Source: Nemertoderma westbladi (lineage: Eukaryota; Animalia; Xenacoelomorpha). Taken from it: a stretch of DNA of 34,657 nucleotides. Position numbers and translations under genes: made by a program. Below, one piece after another: positions 1 to 9,397 of the stretch. The stretch lies in the NCBI GenBank assembly GCA_032718475.1, contig JAUCBJ010002504.1, forward strand, positions 1 through 34,657. Reading direction: 5' to 3'. The notes under the pieces were generated by a model. That model was not told where the DNA came from, did no database searches, and was given only the letters and a program-made list of their open reading frames with translations. Position 1 is the first letter of the stretch. Each line of letters begins with the position of its first letter.

Positions 1-545
1 GTCAGTTGTTTTAGCTTTTAGATACTCAGTTAAACATAGTCAGTTGTTTTAGCTTTTAGATACTCAGTTAAATATAGTCAGTTGTTTTAGCTTTTAGATA
101 CTCAGTTGTTCAATATAGTCAGTTGTTTTAGCTTTTAGATACTCAGTTAAATATAGTCAGTTGTTTTAGCTTTTAGATACTCAGTTTAATATAGTCAGTT
201 GTTTTAGCTTTTAGATACTCAGTTGTTCAATATAGTCAGTTGTTTTAGCTTTTAGATACTCAGTTAAATATAGTCAGTTGTTTTAGCTTTTAGATACTCA
301 GTTAAATATAGTCAGTTGTTTTAGCTTTTAGATACTCAGTTTAATATAGTCAGTTGTTTTAGCTTTTAGATACTCAGTTTAATATAGTCAGTTGTTTTAG
401 CTTTTAGATACTCAGTTGTTCAATATAGTCAGTTGTTTTAGCTTTTAGATACTCAGTTAAATATAGTCAGTTGTTTTAGCTTTTAGATACTCAGTTGTTC
501 AATATAGTCAGTTGTTTTAGCTTTTAGATACTCAGTTGTTCAATA
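1..545. repeat. Minisatellite, 38-bp unit GTCAGTTGTTTTAGCTTTTAGATACTCAGTTAAATATA with a 41-bp variant ending GTTGTTCAATATA; runs off the window start
   Basis: About 14 near-identical tandem units read directly. Confidence 0.97.
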
Positions 546-629
546 CTCTGTTTAATATATACTCCGTTGTTCAATACTCCGTTTTATATGCGGGTCTCGG
601 TCTACGGTTAAGCGGTTCGGTTGGTGAAT

Positions 630-715
630 GCTGGGTGAACCTAGCTTTTGTTAGCTTTGAATGCTAACAAGTCCATCAACCTTTGTATCAATAAATTAAA
701 TAAATAACTAAATAG
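630..715 (+). mobile_element. Possible 3' tail of a LINE/SINE (hairpin plus AATA-rich tail)
   Basis: TTGTTAGC-tttgaat-GCTAACAA hairpin followed by AATAAATTAAATAAATAA. Confidence 0.35.
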
Positions 716-1149
716 AAAATAATATTTACAATAAACAAGAAAGTTCTAAGATTTAGTTCTATAGAATTAACCACATGACACCCCCTTCCCCCCCCCCCCC
801 CCCCCAAGTGCAAAAACAGCAGTTTTGTCACAAATTTGTATCTAGACCCTCTTCCTCATTAATCGTGATGACATTTATAAATCTATAAATATTTATAAAA
901 ATATCTTGCCATCGTAAATTGGTGGCCTATTTAGTTCTCTAGCATTGTCCACATGACACCACCACCACCACCCCAGTAATAATTAGAACCAGTCATTCGA
1001 TTCATCTGATATTTGGTAGGAGTGGTAAGTCTCGTGCTGCGCGAATACTCCAGCCCGTATGTGCAAGATAAGGTTGATATCGACTTCGACTAATACCGCT
1101 AATTAATATTTTTTTCAGTTAATTTGATTAGGTACTAATCAATTTGGAT

Positions 1150-1790
1150 TGAAATCGGGCCATTTTAATCAATGTATATTTATGGCCCTAATGTTGTTAA
1201 TCTCATTCTTTATGATAGTAAAAATGGCCCCTTCTTCGGGTCATTTTATTTAATAAATCAATTTTGAAACAAGTGGGCCACTCAAATTCTCAGCTCAGTT
1301 TATTTGTAGGATCAAATTGGATTCAAAAGGGCCACTGTATAATGGCCCTAATGTTATTTATCTCATTTTCAGTTCGGCCCGTTTCCTTCTCAACTAATTT
1401 GATAAATTTCATATGAAGTCACATCAAATAGGGCCTGTTATGGCCCTTTCTTTCTTCACTATATAGTAAGCTCAGTTCGGGCCAATGATATATTATTCCA
1501 GACAGTAAGAGGGCCAATTTTGGCAAATTTTGGCCCTTTTGACTTTTTTGGCCCTAATTCCATTTTATACATTTTGGTAAGTGGCCCGAAAATTGTGTTT
1601 TCATTTAGTAATAAAATGAAGGTGCATAACTTTTTAGAGGAAGGATATACACAAAGGGCCATCCAAGCCCGTTTGCGGTTTCGGGCTAAAGGGCCAAAAA
1701 GGGGCTAAAGGGCCACTTTTTAATACCCCCCAAGTCGCAATAGGGCCACTTTTGATATACAAAAGTGGCCCTTCAGCCCGAACGTATATC
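1150..1790. repeat. Array of about 20 GGCCC/GGGCC motifs in both orientations, ending in palindromes
   Basis: Motifs scattered in AT-rich DNA; perfect 13-bp stem AGGGCCACTTTTG-atata-CAAAAGTGGCCCT at 1742-1772; 1679-1720 is inverted relative to 1761-1782. Confidence 0.8.
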
Positions 1791-1876
1791 TATATATATA
1801 TATAATATATCTCTATCCTTTCGTGGATACTCAGCTGATAGCTCCTTGGGCCGAAGGCCGAGGTTTCTTTCGCACC

Positions 1877-3574
1877 ATGTATGCTAATGTGTCTAGCAAC
1901 ATTACAAAGGTGCAACGAACTTCCATCGGACATCTTGCCTTTCAGGAATACGGGTGGAATTTCAAGGTCGGAAGTCCCATCAACTATCAACAAGTATACG
2001 GAGACCATTATTCTCGATTATACTTTGACGGACCATTGACCGCACCTGGCGCCGTGTATAGCTTCATGAGTGTTCCACTCCGTCCCTCCTTAGCTATCTA
2101 CACGATCTTCGAAAACACCGCACTTTCCGGTTGGCTAGCCGATGTGTGCAGTCGTACTATACGCGCCCATCCATTAATCCTTGGGACCAAACTCGCTAAG
2201 CTAGATGAACATAATAAATTCATCCGCTTTGAATGTTTCCGACGGTTTTTAACCCCGTTTCGCAACGTGGATAGCCAATTCAAAGACCGCGCTTTGACCA
2301 AGCTCAGCTTAAGAGACTCGGCTGCGGAGAAGTTAGATAGCGCTGGATTCGCTATTTTCAGAGACATTTGTGTAATAAACCTGCACTCCTCGGTTATCCA
2401 AAGACCTCGGATCCCCACCGGTTATTCTGTCGTGGAAATTCAGACGGTAGGTCCACTTGAGGAGACGGCCATGCCTACCTCAACTATACAAGGGGAAGAC
2501 GAACCCATATGTTTAGAATCTGAAGAGATTCAGCCCCCCACGTCTCGGAGTAGCGATAGCGACTACATATTGGAATGGTATCAAGGTCCCCAGTGTCTTA
2601 CTGCGTATGATTATCGCCATGCCAATTATGTTTCTAGACAACGTTGTCGGCTGTGCGCATCGAGAGACCATATTACGTCTATGGACACCAACGATCTTTG
2701 TTCCTATTTCCACGAGCAACCGTCGATGGAAATCTATTGTGCATATTGTCGGCTTAATAATTTGCACATTTTTGCTGTCTGCCCCCAATTTATGACTCAA
2801 TGCCATCATTGTCAATTAAAGGGACACGCCAGCTTTGATTGCCCCTTCAACCATGATTTAGAGAGCGTAGATGAAATGATTGTACTACGTTATATCAGAG
2901 CTTGGGAAGCGAACGCTGATTTACATTGTGATTCACGCCATCGCTATTATCCTGGACGCGCCTACGAAGGAGTTTATGCGTTCCATCCATATTTGTTTGC
3001 CTCCGTCGAGCAGAAATCGCGCCTATCAAGTTATGAACTATTGAAGCGCGTTGGAGAATGTATTTCAACCAAATATGTACGCAAATTCCTCAGGAGCATT
3101 AATCCGAGTGACATCCATTCTTACAACTTAATAAACTTTATCCGTCAAGACCCTGCCTATGGAGACTTATTCGTCAACTCACACCCTGAGTTACAAGAAG
3201 TATATCGACGGCCTTACGAGTACCGAGCCCGCGAACGCGAGTTGGAAAGAACCATTAAACCAAGGAAGTTTCTAACTACCTATGGTCCACCCACGGCCCT
3301 CGTGCAGACCACTCGTACAGGACCCGTAAGAGCGGCTGTCTTGAAACGAGCTCTCAAAGCCGTTAGACCCCTCTCCCCGGACGTTGAGGTCAATCAACCC
3401 GGTACTTCGACCGGCGGATATACCGATCGCAATCCCATACCTTCTGATGCAATCATATTGCACCCTTCACCCAGGAGTTATAGCCCTCCTCGTAAAGTGG
3501 CTCGCCCCAAAGAGAAAAGGACTCTTGCTAGCTTTAAAAAGCTGCGTAAACGCCGTCCGCGCAAGAAAGACTAA
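1877..3574 (+). CDS. Intronless 565-aa protein of unknown family with tandem CCHC zinc-knuckle motifs and a basic, NLS-like C-terminus
   Basis: Open frame 1823-3574; first ATG at 1877 in ACCATG context; motifs CRLC-x4-H-x9-C, CAYC-x5-H-x4-C and CHHC-x4-H-x4-C at nt 2645-2842; ends KKLRKRRPRKKD. Confidence 0.8.
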   Translation: MYANVSSNITKVQRTSIGHLAFQEYGWNFKVGSPINYQQVYGDHYSRLYFDGPLTAPGAVYSFMSVPLRPSLAIYTIFENTALSGWLADVCSRTIRAHPLILGTKLAKLDEHNKFIRFECFRRFLTPFRNVDSQFKDRALTKLSLRDSAAEKLDSAGFAIFRDICVINLHSSVIQRPRIPTGYSVVEIQTVGPLEETAMPTSTIQGEDEPICLESEEIQPPTSRSSDSDYILEWYQGPQCLTAYDYRHANYVSRQRCRLCASRDHITSMDTNDLCSYFHEQPSMEIYCAYCRLNNLHIFAVCPQFMTQCHHCQLKGHASFDCPFNHDLESVDEMIVLRYIRAWEANADLHCDSRHRYYPGRAYEGVYAFHPYLFASVEQKSRLSSYELLKRVGECISTKYVRKFLRSINPSDIHSYNLINFIRQDPAYGDLFVNSHPELQEVYRRPYEYRARERELERTIKPRKFLTTYGPPTALVQTTRTGPVRAAVLKRALKAVRPLSPDVEVNQPGTSTGGYTDRNPIPSDAIILHPSPRSYSPPRKVARPKEKRTLASFKKLRKRRPRKKD

Positions 3575-3914
3575 CTGTTTAGAGTATTTTTATATTTTAG
3601 AAACTGTGATTTTGTATATTTTATAGACTTAAATCCCATTTTCTGGGAGCGGTGTAAAAGCTTTTGTGGGATAACTGATACGTTTGCCTTTGCTGGCCAG
3701 TTCCCCCCCAGGCGCTGGAATACTCTAAAAGGGTTCTCTGACTGTATATATATTCCCCTCGCCCGCAAGGTACCTTTACAGGTGTTTTAACGGACATAAA
3801 AATCATTCTGCTATATACGTGTTTTGGCGGACATGGTAAGGCAAAAAACCTGTAATGCACCAACTACCTTTCACAGCTTAGCCGTGATGATTCATATTAC
3901 GACATCTAACAGCT

Positions 3915-4101
3915 GGTTGCTGACATGGAAACAGCCATTGGACGCACGGTTCTTTGTTTGGCTTGAGCCAATCGGAGCGATTTTTCCTGTCGACGTGTAG
4001 CTTTTCAGTCGATCATAAGGAGAGTGTTCAGTCTTACTGTTTTTACTTGATACTTTGTTGTTATTGCTGTCTAAGCCAGAAACACCGGCCTTTCGGTAAG
4101 A
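3915..4101 (+). promoter_or_regulatory. Candidate promoter and non-coding first exon
   Basis: X-box-like GCTGACATGGAAAC (3919-3932), ATTGG at 3937 and CCAAT at 3968, good donor CG|GTAAGA at 4096. Confidence 0.3.
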
Positions 4102-4897
4102 ACTCTAGTAAACTGCTTGAATTATCGAAAGTATAAACTGTTACCTTAACGAATCGAACCTTAACGCATCTTAACATACTTACTTAATTTAATTGCATTA
4201 ATCATATTGTTTGTACTGTTATTTTACCGTCAGTTATTAATTGTACCTATTTGTTGATGGAAATATTGCTCTTTGGATAATACGGATAAATCACCCAAAT
4301 TCCCAATTTTCTTGATACACTACAGGTTAGAGAGACCGGTTATACATAACAATTGCGATTTATATTAATGTGGTGTGTATTGAATCCAATGTTATTTAGC
4401 AGACCCTACGTGAGTCAATTACTGCTCTCTTTATGTGTGATCAAATATACTGACTGTCGGCAGAATAGTGTGTATGATCGTGATTGGTAACAAAGTATTT
4501 CCTAAAGAATACGCTTTATACTTTAATCATAAGCAGTATCGTTGCGTTTTAGTATAAGTCTTAGTTCTGTTTAAATAGATAAAGCGCCACGTCCTAAAGG
4601 AACTGTTAATATTTCCCGAAAGCCAATAATATCTGTCAGAGATTAATTATTAACGATCTATTGAATAATACAGTAGGTATACACTGCAACCTTACACTGC
4701 AATAATAAAATTCAAGCATCCGAATTCAGTCTCCCGGGTGTAGATCCATCGGGTGAATGATCGCGCATGGGCTGCCTTCGGCTAATGTTTTGCGTATTAG
4801 CATAAAATATTGTCGTATGCTAAAGTGGTTTTAATTAACTAAAAGACATATAAATTTTGGCAGGTTAAACTGCTAAAGGTCTTCAAAAGCGCGAACA

Positions 4898-6025
4898 GCA
4901 GCCATCATAGAGTAATCCGTCCGGAATAAATACACACAATGTATAGTGAAGCCATCATAGAGTAATCAGTTGTGAGTATAGACACACAATGTATAGTGCA
5001 GCCATCATAGAGTAATCCGTCCGTAATAAAGACACACAATGTATAGTGCAGCCATCATAGAGTAATCCGTCCGTAATAAAGACACAATGTATAGTGCAGC
5101 CATCATAGAGTAATCAGTTGTGAGTATAGACACACAATGTATAGTGCAGCCATCATAGAGTAATCAGTTGTGAGTATAGACACACAATGTATAGTGCAGC
5201 CATCATAGAGTAATCCGTCCGTAATAAAGACACACAATGTATAGTGCAGCCATCATAGAGTAATCAGTTGTGAGTATAGACACACAATGTATAGTGTGCA
5301 GCCATCATAGAGTAATCCGTCCGTAATATAGACACACAATGTATAGTGCAGCCATCATAGAGTAATCAGTTGTGAGTATAGACATACAATGTACAGTGCA
5401 GCCATCATAGAGTAATCAGTTGTGAGTATAGACACACAATGTATAGTGCAGCCATCATAGAGTAATCAGTTGTGAGTATAAACACACAATGTATAGTGCA
5501 GCCATCATAGAGTAATCCGTCCGTAATAAAGACACACAAGGTATAGTGCAGCCATCATAGAGTAATCAGTTGTGAGTATAGACAGACAATGTATAGTGCA
5601 GCCATCATAGAGTAATCCGTCCGTAATAAAGACACACAATGTAAAGTGCAGCCATCATAGAGTAATCCGTCCGGAATAAATACACACAATGTATAGTGAA
5701 GCCATCATAGAGTAATCAGTTGTGAGTATAGACACACAATGTATAGTGCAGCCATCATAGAGTAATCCGTCCGTAATAAAGACACACAATGTATAGTGCA
5801 GCCATCATAGAGTAATCCGTCCGTAATAAAGACACAATGTATAGTGCAGCCATCATAGAGTAATCAGTTGTGAGTATAGACACACAATGTATAGTGCAGC
5901 CATCATAGAGTAATCCGTCCGTAATAAAGACACACAATGTATAGTGCAGCCATCATAGAGTAATCCGTCCGTAATAAATACACACAATGTATAGTGAAGC
6001 CATCATAGATTCATAGAGTAATCCG
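4898..6025. repeat. 50-bp minisatellite, 22 units, two interspersed unit types
   Basis: GCAGCCATCATAGAGTAATC-[CGTCCGTAATAAA or AGTTGTGAGTATA]-GACACACAATGTATAGT. Confidence 0.97.
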
Positions 6026-7630
6026 ATTATGAGGCAGTTGCTCAACGTGAGCATTCCAACGAACGATATGATCAGCTGGATATTCCGCTGTTACCTTGGC
6101 AGTTGGTGGGCTCTTCCCTACAGTGAGAATATTAATTGCCTTTTATTCTGTGTAGGGCCTACGATTAATTAATCTAATATACTTTAATTGGCAGAAGTGA
6201 TGATGACTACAGCAATCTGCTCACCGAGTTCTGGCTGATTGATAGATGAGAACTCACGATTCAGTGCTGATGTTGCACCCTTTCCTTTACTGCATTTACA
6301 ACAGAATTCGATTTCGTCAACCAACATCCAGTTTGGATTCCGCTAGCGCCTTCCTTCCATTCTGAGTGAGTCAGTTTCCTTCTTTAGAAGTAAATGCGAA
6401 CGCTGTCATTGGCTGCATCACTGACAGCATTAACAAAATGTGTGAACCTCCCACAGAGATCCATTTCTTCACTAACGTCAATTCAATTGGAGATCCTAAG
6501 TTGGGTTCATCAAGGTAGACTAGACGAAGAGAGCGGAGGACTTATGTACGAGTATATTATAGTAGAAAGAAGAGTCAGTTTAGTTGTGCACACAACATGG
6601 CGATGGTTAGTTTAGAAAGGCCGCACCGGGGGGCATTCATCAGATCTGGGGGGGGGGGGGGGGGGGGTGTGTAATAATAACAATTATTATTTCCTTGGGG
6701 AATTTATTCTTAACAGAACGTGAGAAGTGACAGCGGATGATTACAGTATATTGAAGTTGTCTGTCTACCCAAGTTATGTTATCCAAGAAGATGCATAGTA
6801 AAAGTACGATTTAGAAAAAGTTCAACAAAGAGAACATACATTCAGTTGGAACTTCAATTAAGTGAGAGGTTCAATTGTAGTTGTTAAGGCCCTGGGGCGT
6901 CTCTGGTATTTATCTCAACAGGGGGCACTTCATCATCACAGTAGACCAAAAGACCATGAGGTCAACAAGACGAAATTGGCTAACGTACTGCTAGAAACTA
7001 TTAGGGATAATTATATAATAATTGGAGTTTCTATGAACACAATCCACCACTCTGATAAAACAATTCATCACAATATTAGCCCCATACAAGTATATTGGAC
7101 CTCCTGGCACGGAATAGACCCCCCTTCTAGATCTATTGTTTCCGTTTGATGTCAATTATTAGGCAGGAATTAATACTTATGATCCTGGTGATGCCAAAAC
7201 TCGTTATTCAAGTTAATTAGTTTGATCATGAAATTGACTAACAGTGTATCTTAATTATTGCATTATACCTATAAAGTAAAGGCCGCCATACATTTTTTGT
7301 ATTTGATCGCTCTACCGACATTTCTTAATCTCGATAGTTTTTGTAGAATGAATTTGTAGACATATTACATCCGCAATTTATTGTGTAGTGAGGCTACGTA
7401 GTTTCCTGGCAACTAACATAAAGTTTACCACTAAAATAATGATTATTACTGATGACAATAAATATTATAAACACTTGATTAGTTTAGCTCTAGACACCCA
7501 GTGTTGCCAAGGTTTCTTATTTTTTTATTGTTAAAATTGGGTTAAAATTTATTGTTATTATGCGCCGTTGTAAATAGATTACATTACCGCACTTAAAGTT
7601 ACCACCTACTAGCTTCTGTATATAAATACA

Positions 7631-8122
7631 CGAAGTGGGGACTTCGCGCAGCACGAAGTTGGCAGAGCCTTAGCGAATTGACACTGTTAGGGGGTAGGTC
7701 AATTTATGCAAATAGTCACGTTGGCCCTCTAGCGGCAGACTGGAGAACTGCAGATGGATTCGCCTCCCTTGAAAGTCACAGCTAATGGTCTAATACATAT
7801 CTGCCAAGTTTCAGCTTAAACGGATTAAAAGCAAAGAAATGGGAGGGCATTTAATGTTTAGACATGTGGCCCTCTAGCGGGAGACCATTGCACTGATGGT
7901 GTCTGAAAGTCTCTCAAAAATCTCAACTTTTGCTCATATTGATACCTACAAATTTTCAACTTGGCAGCTTTAAATCCGACAAAGTTATTAGCATGTCAAA
8001 ATCGTAACGACGACGACAACGACGACGACGACAACGACGACGACGACGACGACGACAACTATTTGCATAAATTGACCCACCCCCTAACAGTGTCAATTCG
8101 CTAAGGCTCCGCCAACTTCGTG
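7631..8122. mobile_element. Non-autonomous element with ~65-bp inverted repeats, internal (CGA)n and an external stem-loop; HINE/DINE-like or MITE
   Basis: 7652-7716 is the reverse complement of 8058-8122 with 2 mismatches; (CGA)n at ~8008-8056; CGAAGT-gggg-ACTTCG hairpin at 7631-7646. Confidence 0.8.
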
Positions 8123-8659
8123 GTTCGCCCCACATACACCCATGCAATTATCTCTTAGAATGATTGTTTGTATATTATTGCTATGTAGAATTTTCCATTT
8201 TTAAAAATTTTAGTTTGACTATCTTCAGTAAATTGATTTATTATGTTAGTAGCCTACCAATACTTGTACTGTAGCCTACTTTTCAAATTTGATTTTAACT
8301 CTTTTCAAATCGAATTGTATTTTGTTATTAAAATTTACATTATCAGCCGCTCAGTCGATATGCTAGCGTTAAATAAGATTTGCATTATTTAACTACTATA
8401 CAGTAGTTATATTGGGATTATTGCTCTTCAATCAGTCAAATCTGCACTGTAATAAATACTATTCCTGGGCATTTTATTTATTTAATGAGTAGCTTCGACT
8501 TTGTTTTTGTTTTACATGTTCCATATTATTGTGTATTTTACAGTATTAAATATATTAGGCCTCCATGGCCTCCCCTGCAGGCCATAACGGATGCAAATAC
8601 CTGCAATTTATTAATGTCCATATCAGCTACGTATTTCTCAACGACATTAATATTTATCC

Positions 8660-9165
8660 AAGGAGTAGCTGTTGGAGGAGTCCGTGCGGACCTGTGGTTG
8701 CTCGGGGGATTTGGGTCAATCAGAGGGTGGCGTCTTTTGATATCGCTGTTATTAACGCTGACGCGCCCCCTCTTATGCTCAAACCAATCGATCGGTGACC
8801 TCCCTGCTTGAACCACGGGTCCGCGCGAAGAAACAGCACTACAACAGCGTGTGCGAAGCAAGTAGGATGTCCTTTACACCCCTTGTTGGAACCACGGACG
8901 TCATCTGGTGCAGAGAGACGGGGATTTTTATCTGGCACCTCACGGACTCACTGGTGAATCGGAGTGAAGGAATGCGGGAGCGTGGCTTTGCTATGGGGTA
9001 CTTGGAGGAGTCCGAAGGAGGAGTCCATAGGAGGAGTCCGTGGGAGGCTCCGAATTCGCCCTCCTCAGGTCCAGCTCGTTCTGCCTAAGGGGTGGTCGTC
9101 GTCCATGGCGATCTCTCGGCTTTGGCGACGGGGCGGGTCTGTTGTGTGGTCTCGACCTCCGAGAT
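8660..9165 (+). mobile_element. 5'-truncated, frameshifted CRE-like non-LTR retrotransposon (C-terminal restriction-like endonuclease region)
   Basis: Across frames: VRADL / ARGIWVNQRVASFDIAVINADAP / AKKQHYNSVCEASRMSFTPLVGTTD / FALLRSSSFCLRGGRRPWRSLGFGDGAGL. Confidence 0.8.
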
Positions 9166-9397
9166 AATTATTAGATGACTCTACTTACTTTTAGCCTACT
9201 GATATTTAATTATTTATTTTTTATATTACATTATTATTTTACTTTAATGCAGTGTAAGTTTTAAATTAATCTTAAGATTAAGAACTACAATCTTTTACTT
9301 TGAATTTTTGTTAATAAAATACATGTAAGTTAGTAAGTATTATAGATATTTAGGAGTTTAGCCTTATATAAATTAATGTTTTGTATAACATACATAC

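Noticed and set aside
1824-1837. Similarity of TGGATACTCAGCTG to the 38-bp minisatellite unit
   Set aside because: 12/14 match, compatible with chance.
2645-2842. nanos
   Set aside because: Spacing does not match the Nanos CX2CX12HX10C / CX2CX7HX4C fingers.
4898-6025. CRISPR array (also considered for 1-545 and 32410-33180)
   Set aside because: No unique spacers, no cas genes, eukaryotic context.
6200-7150. Degenerate transposase fragment (minus-strand CCKCSKG)
   Set aside because: Too short and broken to assign.
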